In this document: one piece after another, positions 46,305 through 59,387 of the stretch
Layout: every line of letters begins with the position of its first letter
Position numbering within the stretch: the stretch's first letter is position 1
NCBI GenBank assembly: GCA_020184695.1
Contig: JAANOX010000251.1
Span: 101,463-165,462 of the forward strand
From: Histomonas meleagridis 2922-C6/04-290x
Taxonomy: Eukaryota; Protista; Parabasalia
Direction: 5' to 3'
DNA length: 64,000 bases
Position numbers and translations under genes: made by a program
The notes under the pieces: generated by a model
The model's input: only the letters and a program-made list of their open reading frames with translations
Database searches by the model: none
What the model was told of the DNA's origin: nothing

Positions 46305-47582
46305 ATGTCTGTTGCAAAACTTCTTCGGACAACCAATTTAAGAACACTGACGCGAGCTCTTAAGGTATATAGCTCCTACTTTGTTAGTTGTACAGATGAA
46401 GTTTTTGATAATTTTTCTGATTATTTTCCGTTTTATATGTTTGTATTAAATCACAGATCTTCATTATCAATTGCTTATTGTGATCTCTCAGAACGCTTAG
46501 TTCAGGAAGTTACACATTACGGACCAAATATTAATGCAAAATCAATTAATCCAATTCTCACATATTTTTATCATTGCTTTGAAGCCTCAAATTCTGGGTT
46601 CAAGGTTGATTCCTTTGTTGCGCACACTTTTGATCCATCAGATACAATTTCCGCTATAATTTCAATTTTTTCAACAGCATCTTCAAAAGATTACCTTGAA
46701 CCACTATTAAAAATTCTTGCTGTTTCCAAAAGCACCAAGATTCTTTCACTTATTAATAAATATCAGGCCGATGTCGCACAAATAATAATTGAAAAATCCG
46801 ATGAAATGATTCAAATTTGTCTTCAATGTCTTCTTTCTCTTGTTCATGACATTACATCTTTTATTGCCAAGATTTTAAGCGGTGTTGTTACAGCAAAACC
46901 CATTCTCATAAATCATCTCCTGCCATATGTTGGTTTTATCCAAGCTAAAATTTCTCAATGTCCCGACCTCAAAGGTCTTAACACAAGAATTATTGAATAT
47001 CTTTACAAGCAGAAACTTCCACCTCCACCACCTGATAATTTATCTGCGCCACTTTCTCGAATCCTTCTCGATCAAGACATCTTTGGTAAGCAAGCAAATG
47101 TCAGTGAATTCAACCAAATTATTTCTGCTAAGCCAAAGAAGTCAACTACATATTCAAATGCAATGAGTCTATCAAAACGCCTTGATAAGTTTAATAATAG
47201 CGCTCCTCAACCAACAGAGCCAGCCAAGCAGGAAGTAGCTCCAGTACAGCCCGAGCAGCCTGTGAAAGAGGTTCTCGAAGCATCAGCATTCAAACTCGGC
47301 GGTTTTCAAAGAAATACTTGGCAAAACCGCTTCTTCCAATTTTATCCTAGCAACCGCTGTTTGGTGTGGAGATCGAAAAAGGGAACTCCCGACATAAAAG
47401 GATTATTGCTATTCGACTCAACAATTAAAGTTGATAAAGAACTAAAAGGAATCAAAGGAAAACAATATGTAATGACTATATCAATTGGAAAAAAGGCACG
47501 CGAAATTGCATTTCAAACAGGAGAAGAATTGGAAAGATGGTATAACGCGTTCAAGGCTTCTATAGTGAATAAGAATACATAA
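46305..47582 (+). CDS. Protein with a C-terminal PH domain
   Basis: FKLGGFQRNTWQNRFF...AFQTGEELERWYNAF; start set at first ATG (MSVAK). Confidence 0.8.
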   Translation: MSVAKLLRTTNLRTLTRALKVYSSYFVSCTDEVFDNFSDYFPFYMFVLNHRSSLSIAYCDLSERLVQEVTHYGPNINAKSINPILTYFYHCFEASNSGFKVDSFVAHTFDPSDTISAIISIFSTASSKDYLEPLLKILAVSKSTKILSLINKYQADVAQIIIEKSDEMIQICLQCLLSLVHDITSFIAKILSGVVTAKPILINHLLPYVGFIQAKISQCPDLKGLNTRIIEYLYKQKLPPPPPDNLSAPLSRILLDQDIFGKQANVSEFNQIISAKPKKSTTYSNAMSLSKRLDKFNNSAPQPTEPAKQEVAPVQPEQPVKEVLEASAFKLGGFQRNTWQNRFFQFYPSNRCLVWRSKKGTPDIKGLLLFDSTIKVDKELKGIKGKQYVMTISIGKKAREIAFQTGEELERWYNAFKASIVNKNT

Positions 47583-47988
47583 ATAAAACTATGATTTGTG
47601 ATAATTTAAATTTTGGTTCAAAAATTGAATATAAAATAATCGTTTGCTATTCAATTAGCTGTCAATTTCACTATCGGCCAAACGCATCACATTAGCAATA
47701 ACTTCGGTCACAAGCCTTCATTTGACTATAAAGATTTGACTAAAAAAAATCGTCAATCATATTAAGTTATATAAGAAACGAAGAGTCTTATTATTATCGA
47801 AAAGAATACCATTAGTGGATTGAATAAAATATATTTGTTGTGTTTTAAATATAAAGATGATCTTCATCTGATGTCTTCAATCAGATTTATTATTAATTTC
47901 AATAATGTGTAAGCAAAAGTAAACATGATTCGAAACTCCGAAATTGGAACACTCCAAACAAAACGAAAATTTAGACAGAAAAACAGAT

Positions 47989-49293
47989 TTAATTGAATAT
48001 ATTCCTTATCATCTTGAGCACGCCTGTTTGCGGCTCTCCATAAGGTGTGTCGACCAACTTCTGATATTCTTTCATTGTTCCACGAACGAATTTTGCGATT
48101 CCGGGCGTTTCGTTTAGCACTTGGCTAATTTCCTTATTTGTTTTTGCCTTTTCCAAGAACATTTCCAACATCTTTATGCAGCACGGCGACAATATTCTAT
48201 TTTTGCGATCTTCGGCAATGTCAATGATAACTGGTGTATAGCATCCAACTATTTTAATAGCAAACTGTAGATGTGTTAGTCCGACTTCAACAAACTTTAA
48301 AAAGGCAGAATGAAGAAATGTCGAATATGGAAATTGAACCACAATATGTATTAAAAGTTGTGGCATTGATGATTGTAGTAATAGCTCGAAGCTAAGAGGC
48401 GCGATAGTAAGCATCTTGGTTATAAATGTTAACGCAGAAACGCGATACGCAAGTAATCGGTCAAATTGTTCCATCAAAATATCGACGGCGGTTTGGAACA
48501 GCTTTTTGAGAAGGAAAACCGCTGTTTTTTGTGATGTAATTGCAGAGATTGAATCCCAGCGAGCTGAGCGAATAAAAGATGGCTCGTTGGGAAATGCTTG
48601 ACTAAGTGAGTCAACAACATGCTCACTTTGGAAGGATTCAACCATTATTGGATTATCACAACATTTTCCAATTAATTTATAAAAACAAAGACATCTAATA
48701 TATATACTGTCTTTATATTTGTTGGCCTCTTGGGATTCATATGAAAAATCAATTTTATCAAGTTCACGAAGAAGATATTCTGAAAATCCCATTTCATTAA
48801 GCCACTTCTGAGTGAGTTCATATTTGGGATCAGCAGAACATATGGTCTCAAAGAAGTTGAAGACGCCCGGATTTTCACAATATTTAAGCAGATGATAGAT
48901 GAAGCCGCATGATTCAGTTGCTTGCTCTGGAAGATTTGTTAAAAGCGTAAGAGTTAAAGAAGATAAGCGCCCTATTGTAAATTGAGGCACAGATTCCTTA
49001 GATAATATTTCTAAAGCTGTATTTTGAAATGAAGAATCATCAAGTATAGGCTTGAGAATTTGTGGATTTCCAAGAGAAAGAATAGCATAGGCATTTGTAG
49101 AAACGACACTTTTTTCATCTTTAAATGCATAATTTAGGATATCATGAGAATGAGCAACAAGATAATCAATAACTGAAGAAAACCCAATTCTTGCTGATTT
49201 ACTAATGTACCCGAGTGACAGCACATCATGTATGTCTGTGCTTGTATCGGAAACCATTTCTTGGAGTTCTGGAGTGAGGAAACTTTGTAACAT
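47989..49293 (-). CDS. Helical-repeat protein, SAPS/SIT4-associated-like
   Basis: Intact 434 aa; family resemblance by eye only. Confidence 0.55.
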   Translation of the reverse strand: MLQSFLTPELQEMVSDTSTDIHDVLSLGYISKSARIGFSSVIDYLVAHSHDILNYAFKDEKSVVSTNAYAILSLGNPQILKPILDDSSFQNTALEILSKESVPQFTIGRLSSLTLTLLTNLPEQATESCGFIYHLLKYCENPGVFNFFETICSADPKYELTQKWLNEMGFSEYLLRELDKIDFSYESQEANKYKDSIYIRCLCFYKLIGKCCDNPIMVESFQSEHVVDSLSQAFPNEPSFIRSARWDSISAITSQKTAVFLLKKLFQTAVDILMEQFDRLLAYRVSALTFITKMLTIAPLSFELLLQSSMPQLLIHIVVQFPYSTFLHSAFLKFVEVGLTHLQFAIKIVGCYTPVIIDIAEDRKNRILSPCCIKMLEMFLEKAKTNKEISQVLNETPGIAKFVRGTMKEYQKLVDTPYGEPQTGVLKMIRNIFN

Positions 49294-50197
49294 CTTGATA
49301 TTTTTATATCACATTTCAGCAACTAAAGCACGAAAAAATAGCGGTTTTAATGTAAAGCACTTAAAAAGCTGAACTGTTTGCAAAATGGTAAAAATGTCTT
49401 GTAATAAAATCAAGATATACATCATTATTCATTGAATACCACGAAGAAATTTGGCAAAATGTTTAAGCATTTTTCAAAAAATTATATAATTAGATATGAT
49501 CCTTCTCAATAATGAAATTGTTTGTTTATATAAAGCAATTTTATTGTTGTATGATAAAGAAGATATCAAAATTGATTATTAGTCAATAAACTCTTATTTA
49601 AATATGCAAGTTTTTTATATAAGAAAGTATTGATTTTCTTAACATAATAAAAACCGAATAGACATAAATAATCGATTTTATTATTTGTATTGATTTTCTG
49701 GTTTATTAAGAAATGTAAGCTTCGATTTGCCGATACAGTCAAATGGTTTGTGTTTAAATGCGAAAATGCCATTTTTACGATCAAGACCAATTACTCATTC
49801 AATTTTCAATATGTCAAAAATAAATCATTCAAAAAATGCCAGCTCGCTTGGAACCAAACACGTGAATACTACAGAATCTTTCCTAAAACATGATATTATA
49901 TACATAATGGAAGAAGATAATATTTAGTGAACATGTATCATCATTAATATCTATATTTTATGCAGTGTTTATAACATATGTTTTTTCAATCACTCAACAA
50001 CTTATCTAGCGAACACATGTATTGTTACTGTTGGGAATGTCTATTGTATAATCTGATTATTATTAAGTGGTTTTATTGAAGATTTCTTCGAGTAATAAAA
50101 ATTAAAATCCAAAATTTTGTAAAACTTATTAACGGTTTGATGTCATTTTTTTGCTTCGAGCACTTTTCAAACAAACTTCAAATCTAATTTTTTTTAA

Positions 50198-50983
50198 ATG
50201 CTGATACACATAGTCGATTTTCAAAATATAGATACAGAAGTAGAAATAGAAGAAGGAATGACAGTTATGCAGCTCCTGGAATATATTCAGAACACATTTT
50301 CAATTGATACATCTCATTCCGTTCTCATTCAAAATGGAAAAGAGCTCGAATTTAACGAAAAGCTCACACATGAAATGTTCGAAGAAGAAAATTCACTTGT
50401 TGTTTATCATTGCAAAGTTTTCCCAGAAAAATCATTTCCAAAAGTTAATCGTGCCTTTAATTTTAAAGCTAGTAAATATCAAGAATACTTCAGCAATCCT
50501 AAGTATGGTGGCATTGATGGTTCATCTGTGTATGATTTTAATAGTAGAAATCACCAACATTTTAATTTCACATATGGCAATCGTTTAGGAGGAACCCAAT
50601 TTGGTACCAATGGGCCAATGTTTACAAATCCACCATTTGGAAATCCACCATTTGCCAATGGACCACCATTTGGAAATAACCTATTTGGCAATGGCCCCCA
50701 ATTTGGTGGTGGTGGCGGCGGTATGCCATTTGGTTACGCTCGACGCACCAACTTCATGCCGTACCATCCATATCAATTTAACTTTAATCATAACAATGAT
50801 GAAGACGAATATGATGCTGATGAGCCACAAATTCCACATATCAATTATAATGACAACGAACAAGAGGATATAGAACATCTTGTTGGACTTGGGTTCGACA
50901 GACTCTTGGCCATCCAAATATACGAAGCATGTGATAGGAACGTTGGAGCTGCCGAAGACATTTTGCGCAGAATGGCCGAGTAA
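50198..50983 (+). CDS. UBL-UBA protein (Rad23/Dsk2-like architecture) with Gly/Pro/Phe linker
   Basis: N-terminal ubiquitin-like fold (LIQNGKEL); C-terminal UBA (IEHLVGLGFDRLLAIQIYEACDRNVGAAEDIL). Confidence 0.85.
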   Translation: MLIHIVDFQNIDTEVEIEEGMTVMQLLEYIQNTFSIDTSHSVLIQNGKELEFNEKLTHEMFEEENSLVVYHCKVFPEKSFPKVNRAFNFKASKYQEYFSNPKYGGIDGSSVYDFNSRNHQHFNFTYGNRLGGTQFGTNGPMFTNPPFGNPPFANGPPFGNNLFGNGPQFGGGGGGMPFGYARRTNFMPYHPYQFNFNHNNDEDEYDADEPQIPHINYNDNEQEDIEHLVGLGFDRLLAIQIYEACDRNVGAAEDILRRMAE

Positions 50984-51144
50984 ATATTGTTTTTCGAAAA
51001 GCATCAATTGATGCAAATAAAAAATCATTGAACGATTTTTTTTTAGATTTAGGATCATATTATATGATGTGATAAAATCGATGAAATACTTTTTGTTTAG
51101 TTATTTATAAATGAATTTTTTTTGAGCGTTATAAAAACAAGAAA

Positions 51145-51180
51145 ACGCTTCGCGTGGTTTGCTTCGCTTCGCTCAGCAAA
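51145..51180. other. GC-rich double hairpin, candidate Helitron 3-prime terminus
   Basis: ACGC-TTC-GCGT and TTTGCT-TCGCTTCGCTC-AGCAAA lie about 200 bp downstream of the PIF1 stop. Confidence 0.5.
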
Positions 51181-51376
51181 CATAAATAAACGATCAAAAT
51201 TTTTATAATATTATTGAGCCAATACCAATTTTAAATTAAAATATTATGAAATATCTATTGTTAATATAAAATATATAAATTTTATAATGCACAACACAAT
51301 TAAAAATTCAAACAAATATAATGATTTATATATATATATATATATATATAAATTAAGGAAAAAATTAAATATAAAA

Positions 51377-54300
51377 TTAAAAATTGGTTAGTTTATTGAT
51401 TTTTAATGAATCAAGTACGTTTCCACCATTTTGTACTTCAAATTGAATATGAGGATTCATATGAAATAAATTTTTATGTTCCGGCCATTTTTCAAGGTCA
51501 AATAGAACAACATTGTCTAATGATTTTACTCTAGATAATGCCACATAAAATGACCCATGTGCGAATGCATGTTCTCCTATATTGATGGCAACTTTTTCAA
51601 GAGTTTGTCCTTGACTCTTGTGCGCTGTGATTGCCCATGACAACTTGATAGGAAATTGATACGTGATTATTACTTTCCCATCAGACAAATCATAAGTTAC
51701 ACATACTTTTCTTGAAATTAGAATGGGATTTGCGCTTTCTTTTTTAAAGTCAAATTTTATTTCCATTCTATCGATCTCTTGAATGTACCTAATAAAAGTA
51801 CCTCTAGCTCCATTTATTAGTCCTATAGAAATATCAATGTTTTTCAGAAGCATAACTCTTGATCCTGGGGCTATATTGATTACAAAAGGTACAATGCAAT
51901 TAACATAACCTTTTTTCATCGCTCCAGTCAATTTCCTTTTTTCTCCATCAGAAGCAGAATATAATTTCGATAGATTCTGCTGTTTTGATATAAATATGTT
52001 GTAATTATCGTTTTTATTGGCAAAATATGAATATGTAAATATAATGAAAAATTCAGCATTGAAATAAAAAATATTTTCTGGGTTTCTTTTTTTTAATATC
52101 AATAAATTGTGATAATTTGCAATTTTATTGGTAAAAGTAATAATGATCATTCCATCTTTATCGTCATGGCCAACAAATTCATCAATTTGATCAATTATTT
52201 CATCTATATTTTTTTCAATAAATCTTGTTTCTGATATTTCTTCGATTCTTTCATCAATTTTTTCATAATCATTATGATATCTAATATAATTCAAAAGTGC
52301 GATAAAATCTAATTCATTGGGATCTTGTCTCATTATTGTATTTAATTCCCACCTTATAAAACCACCAAATTCATCACTTTGATTAAATTGTGCAATAGCT
52401 TTTAAATAATCATCATTTGACTTTGTCACTGCAGGAACTTGTGCCATATCACCGAACAATAGAATGTTTTTACCTCCAGAAGATTTTGATGAATTAATAT
52501 CATTTTTTTGTTTCATTAATTTTCTTGATTCATAATCAATTGAATTTAAAACTTTGGCTGAAATCATAGTAGTTTCATCAATGATAATAAATGAAACATA
52601 AGACATTGAATATCCATTAGGTTTAGGAATATCTAATGAACAAAATATATTCTCATCTTTTAAAAAAATCCCAAAGGATGAATGAACTGTTCTTCTTCCT
52701 ATTAAACTTGCAGCAATTCCTGTAGAAGCACATAAAACAAATGGTATCTTATTTGCGATAAAGTAATTTTTTGAATACATTAATTAAATAACTCTTTTCT
52801 GTACCTGCTTTACCCATTATAAACGCTTTTATTATCTGATTACCATTAAATCTTATCTTGATTCCATCAAATATTATCTTTTGTTCTTGATTTAAAGTTG
52901 AAATAATTTCCGAACTAAATTCATAAAAGTTTTTGACGGAATCATCATTAAATACATAGCATATATATTTGTTTATAATGTCTTTATCCGGAGGTTTTAA
53001 TATTGTTTTAATCTCATTGTTGTCTGCAATTTCTTTCATGTGATTTATTTTGTTCATTGCTTCTTTTAATTTTATTCTACATTCTTGGCTTACGAAATTA
53101 AGCAGACTTTCTGAATAATCAGACATATTCATATCCATCATGGTTATATTGCGAACCAAATCATTTATACTATATCTGGGACCCTCTAACATATATTTAA
53201 TCAAAAGTTGAATATATTGTAATATATTGTTGTCATATGGTAGATTGAGTCCGTGATATACTAATGCCTTAACCCAATTTTCTAGACCTGATTTCATTTC
53301 TTCATCAGACCTCCATGCACCATTTAATAATAAATAAACATAAGCAAATGTTTCTATATCCGAAAATGAAGTAAATTTTTCAGTGATATTTATTCGACTA
53401 TTTTTACTCTAAATGCATTTTATAGCTTTAGCGTTTCCAAGATTTTCTGAAAGAAATATTCAACCCCTATTAATTAAACGTACATTTTTGAGATCATCCT
53501 GTTCCCATGTTGAATTTGGTGCTAATGTATTTTGTGGTCTTTTTCTTCTGATTTAATTTAAATCATCTAAATTAATATTTTTTTCTCTCCCTTTTATAAT
53601 TCTTCCGATTGATTTATTATTTGTAATATTTGTCGGTTTTAGATCATAAAGAGAATAGAAGAAAGTTAATATACCCATTTTTTCAAGTTCTTTTGGGCGT
53701 AAGAAGTATTTATCAATAGCTGTTATTTAAACTTGTTGACCATTCTTAAAAATGGCTTTACGTTCTTCGGAAGGATTAAGTGATAAATAATCTGTTGTTA
53801 CATCAGAGCCATGATAATTGATATTATAAACTTGTGAAAATGAATCGACATTGATAAAACTCTATGAATTTTTTGAATACAGACCGTTTATTATTAGGGA
53901 TGAACAAGGTCGAGAACATTATCAACCTTTACAAACAAGAGTTCACCCAAAAACAAATAGCAGGCATACTGCATGTTGGAACTCATCGAGTTGGTGATAC
54001 AATTCGACAGTTTACCTCAACCAATGAAATTCCAAAAGAATCAAAACGTGGAAGGCCTCAAGTAATTAATAATCAAATAAAAGAATATATCAAAATTAAA
54101 ACACTTCAAGACGCATCATTAACATCAGTTAAATTATCACAACAAATGAAAGAAATTTTTCATCAATCAATTTCACCACAATATGTTTCAAATATTAGAA
54201 ACGAGATGAGATTTCAGTATCGACCTCCTAAAACAGAACAGCTTCTAAACGAAGAACAGATTAATGCAAAAAAAAAATTTTGTTCAAAAATGTCAACACA

Positions 54301-57300
54301 AACACAATTTTTGGATAAAATTGCCTTTTCGGACGAATGTAGATTCGTATTAGGGAAAGACAATCGATGGGTGTGGGTAAGAAAAGGAGATTATACTCCG
54401 AATTCAATATAAAGAAATGTAAAATTTCCCCAGTCAATCATGATTTTTGAAGTAAATACATGTAACTATAAGAGCAAACTTGTAATAATTCAAAAATTGG
54501 TGAACTCTGAGCAATATATAGAGAATATGATTAAATCTGATTTCATCAATGGGATGAATGAACTACATGGAAAATTAGATTGGGTGTACATGCAGGACGG
54601 AGCTAGGTGTTACACATCTGTTGATTCTATTGATTGGCTGGAGGAGCGACTCGATGTGATTACTGATTGGCCACCCAACTCCCCCGACTTAAATCCCATA
54701 GAATTACTATGAGCAATAATGAAGCGTATTGTAGCTGAACAAATGCCGAGCACTGTAGAGGAACTTAAAAAACTGCTTGAAAAAACTTGGAATGAACTTG
54801 ACATGGAATTAATTAACAAGCTTTGTTCGGGTTTCGTCGACCGTTTACGCCTCTGCTTGGAAATGGAGGGGCAGTCGATTTCAAGATTATTAGGATTAGC
54901 GAAAGATTTAAAAGAGGCTACACTAAAAAAAAAAACTATACGCGATGGACAGAAGAAGAGGACATGTTACTTCATGATTTGGTAACAAAAATTGGACATC
55001 GATGGAAATTGATTTCCCAACATATGAACAAAAGAGATACGATTTCATGCAAAAATAGGTGGTACACAAGTGTAAGAAAGAAGCAGCCAGAAATATTAAT
55101 AGAAAATTATAAAATTTATTGATAAAAATTGAATAAAAAAGAGATTTTCGAAATTAAATCGACAATAATCCAGTTGTCAATTTTGATAGGTTTACATACT
55201 ATCTTATCATTTTTCAATCTATCGTAATGCCGAATTATTTTCACCAGTTTATAAAATAGTAATAGCTTCCTCGACTGAAACAACTCTTCCTTTAAATGCA
55301 GTTATATAATTAGCATTATTATTTGAATATTCAATTCGTAAACTGGGCTTCGGTTTGAAGTTATACTTTACTATATAATAAATTGTATTTGATGAAGTAA
55401 CATTATGTTCTACTGTTCTAAGAATGTGAACATGACAATGGCCACCCCATTTAAGTAAAAAGAAAGGTGAATAATCTACTATATAACGACTTGTTATATC
55501 TCTTGGTAATAAAATTTCGCCTTCATCAGTTGAATGTATTTCTTTGCAAGTAGGTTCTGGAAATCCACATCTACAATTTGCTAGAGGATCATTTTTTTTT
55601 ACATCTAACAATATTACAATTATGAAACATAGTTCCATTAACTAAATTATGTAATGCAGGGGTTAAGTTGGAAAGGATATTAGTAAAAAACGTATTTGAA
55701 ATAATATTAAAAGAAAGCCTATTTTTCAACCATAAGAGAGCATGAACATGTGGAGCTCCACGTGCTTGAAATTCTAATCTCCACGTATAATGAATTACTT
55801 TACCTAAATTCATACCATTAATTAAGTCCTGAAAACCATTTTTTTTGACATCAAATAATCGATTACACCAAATAATCATATCTTCAAGGGGACAGAATCG
55901 AATATCAATTTTATCAAATTTTAATAAATTGATTTCATTCTCAAAAATTTCGACTTCTTTCCATTTGTTAACGAAGGTGAAAGTTAACATTAGATCTGGA
56001 TCCCCAAATTGCGAACACATTGATCGAACTTCTGCTTGTCGTTTTGACCAATATTCTGGAAATTCAGGATCATCACTTCGAATTTTACTTGGTGGCAAAT
56101 TTCGATTTGAACCTATTGGAGCATTAATTTTTTGTAAAGAAACAAAATTCTGATAAAATAAGGCATCATGTTCCATAACAATATGATACAAAAACAATAT
56201 CATATGACATGCTAAACGACCACATCTAAAATAAGTATGAGATAAAATTAAATTTAATGCTTTTTTTCTTAGTGTTGTACCTGGAATTGGATCAATGATA
56301 CCAAATGGGAAAAGGAGAGGAAAACTTAAGGCTAATGCATGTTCGAGGGGATAATATTTAAATTCATTATTATCTTCATTTTTTAGATGAATCAATACAT
56401 TACAATTAAAATCGACAACTTTTTTTTTGCTTTTAATTGGTTGTGGAAGATTTACTATAGAAATTGTATCATTGTAAGGTGCATTTGTAGGATCGATTCT
56501 GAAATTCAAATTATCTTCCATTTTTGGTGTAAATTGCATATATAATGAATTATTTGATTTTAGCCAAGCTAAAATATTTTCAAGTTTCTCTTTTGAAATT
56601 TTTGTTTTATCATTTATGATACTATCTAGTGATAAATATCCTGTACCTTCTTTTCTAGATGATAAAGTAAATGATCCTTCAAGGTGAGAGGATGCTATTC
56701 CAGGAAATGGTATAAGGATAATTCCATATAAATATGCAATGGATAGTATATTATTAGCAATAACCCTATCATCACCATCTAGTTGCTTAATTATATCAGG
56801 AATTTTATTATAATATAAATGCATTATATTAGAATAATTATTTGGTATACGAAGTTTTTCTTCTTTACTCTTTTGAGCATTTTCTATGACATTAATTATA
56901 TTAAAATTTTTAACAATTGTATCAAATACATTCGGTGGGATATAATTCATATTAAACATCTCTTTAACTATTTCTAAATGATCAATATGGTAATCAGATA
57001 GAGGTGTTATTAATTCGATGAATGTTAATGATGGCAATTTCTTTGATTCAACAAAATTATAATATGCGATATAAATTTTAGGAGGAGCACCAAGTTTATC
57101 ATATGTAATATCTAATGCATATATTCTTAAAGTCAAAATATCAATGTTTCCACGAATTTTGTTGATGATTTGAGTTAGCTTTTTTGGTTTGATTTTCAAG
57201 TTTGATGATGCATATTGAATTAAATTCTTTTCATTAGAATTAAGTAAAGCATCATATAAAAAACGATTTAATTTGAAAAAATTGACATAATTAAATTTAT

Positions 57301-58657
57301 AATTATAATCTTGGTTAATTTTTTTATTCAAAATTTTTAGTTATATATGGTTATCGTAATAAATCTCTTTATATTTTAAATATACTTTTCGTGATCGTAT
57401 CGTTTTCAAAATAGAATTTATGCTCATTTTTTAAAATTAATACAAATTTATCAAAAGTTGATGAATCTAACACTATTATCAAAAAATAACGTTTATAATT
57501 TAATGTTCTTGACAATGTTATGTATATTTTTTTCATTTCTTCAATCCAATTCAAATTATTATTTAACAAATAGATAATATATTTGCAAAAATTAATATTT
57601 AATAATAAATTATTGACATTTTTATATGATATTATTGAATTATGTAATTTTTTATTTCTAAATAAATGATATTTATTCTATATCTGTAAATAACTATCAT
57701 TTTCATTTATAAGAATTGTTGATGAATCCGAATTTTCATAAAAATTAAGAAATAATTTACCATCATTCTGATTTTGGACAATAAAAAGCTTTTGAATGCA
57801 ATCAGGAATATCATTAAAATTAAATTGAAACATATTAGTTACATTATAATTGAAGAAATCATGCAAATTAATTGGACACATCATCAAAAATTTACTGTAT
57901 TCTGTATATTTCACTGGTAAATCATCATTATATAATTCTTCATTCGATGAAATATTTGGGGATTTTTTTTAATTTTGATTTAACAATTCTAGGTGATATT
58001 ATTTCATTTGATGAATTAATTTGATTTAGATCATTTGATGGTTGAAATATATTTATAGATGATTCGATTTCATAGATGGTATATACATAAATATAAATTG
58101 AGTTTTTACTATAATTGTTGGTCAAAGATTCTGTTAAAGCTTCAATTTCAGATGATTGTTTAATAATGGCATCATCAGCTAAATACCATAAATTATTAAT
58201 TTTGATATAAGTTACAAAGTGATTGATTTTTGCAGATAAAAAATGAATTACTTCAAACAAAAAATATCTATTATTTTCGATATCCATAATTTGGGAATTT
58301 ATAGCAAACTTATATAAATCTTCATTATTAATAGAACCAAATTGATAATTAAACTTTAAAAATAATATTTTCGGAAATTTAAATATATTGATTGATGAAA
58401 TTTGAATGATATTAAGGGAAGAATTCAAAATTGTATCAGAATCATAATAAATATAAAAATAATTTGAATATAAAACTTCATTTCTATAATTTGAATAAAC
58501 AAATTGAAAATCTTGATTAACATCTATTTGAGGAATTAGTAAATCTAACAAATCTATTACATCGTTTTGTTGGTGAACGTTCAAATCAATGAACTCATAA
58601 AAGTTCTCAGGAACTTGCAGCGCAGGTAAGGTGAAGGTTTTGAATACCTTTAATCAT
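51377..58657 (-). mobile_element. Decayed Helitron-type element: USP-like protease, Rep/HUH and PIF1 helicase; interrupted by a Tc1 insertion
   Basis: Rep motifs LMLTFTF, WRLEFQARGAPHVHALLW, YYIVKY; helicase motifs GKAGT(E)KS, IIIDE, LFGDMAQ, AITAHKSQGQTL, YVALSR; several frameshifts. Termini not fixed. Confidence 0.9.
53829..55249 (+). mobile_element. Tc1-family (DD34E) transposon, 1421 bp, 24-bp TIRs, TA TSD, C-terminal Myb-like repeat; pseudogenised
   Basis: SDECRF, QDG, WPPNSPDLNPIE (34 residues D to E); TIR AACTTGTGAAAATGAATCGACATT versus AACTGGTGAAAATAATTCGGCATT (20/24); TA at 53827-28 and 55250-51; stops at 54410 and 54710. Confidence 0.9.
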
Positions 58658-58946
58658 AGTCCAGTTGTAAAAATGAGATGAAAATGACAGTTGATAATAA
58701 ATCTATGAAAAAGCTCTCATGTACGGACAACCAAAACTGGTTATAAAGCGCAATGAAGCCAATTTTTACATAAATTAAATTATTCAAATTTATTGGCCAT
58801 TTTTTCAAACTATAAATTTAATAATAATTGGCCATTTTTCAATTATGGGTCGAAAATGAACAGCATTCACATGTTAACAATTTTAAGTTTCGCAAAAAAA
58901 CAGGAAAATAATAAAAAATTTAAAAATTTTAAGAATTAAATTGAAA

Positions 58947-59064
58947 TCTCAAAAAACATGAGGTGAGCGGTCGGTATAATTTATTAAAATTAAATGGCAT
59001 TCGCTTGCGGATGCCATTTAATTTTAATAAATTATACCGACCGCTCACCTCATGTTTTTTGAGA
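58947..59064. repeat. 118-bp near-perfect palindrome (54-bp perfect arms)
   Basis: 58947-59000 is the exact reverse complement of 59011-59064; centre TCGCTTGCGG can also pair. Confidence 0.95.
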
Positions 59065-59387
59065 AAAATTTTGAATTTTTAAATTACTAAAAAGGAATCT
59101 ATTTTCATTGAAATAAGATGACAGAAATAATTTCATTGAAACAAAACGGTTTTAATAATTTTTTAAATTCAAATATCCTTATTAATTATCATTAAATCAA
59201 TCATTTTTTTTAAATTATGATCTGAATTTTAGTTATTAAGTGTTTTTAAATCATTCATTATTTTCTAGATAATCTATTTTTCGAGATACAATCAATTGAG
59301 TGAATTTTAATCGTTTTTCCCATTTCGGAAACTTATCTTATATAATATAAAGAATCATCAGTCATTTCACATCACATTTCTATTTTA

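Noticed and set aside
51324-51350. (AT)n run after the helicase stop
   Set aside because: Ordinary microsatellite in AT-rich DNA.
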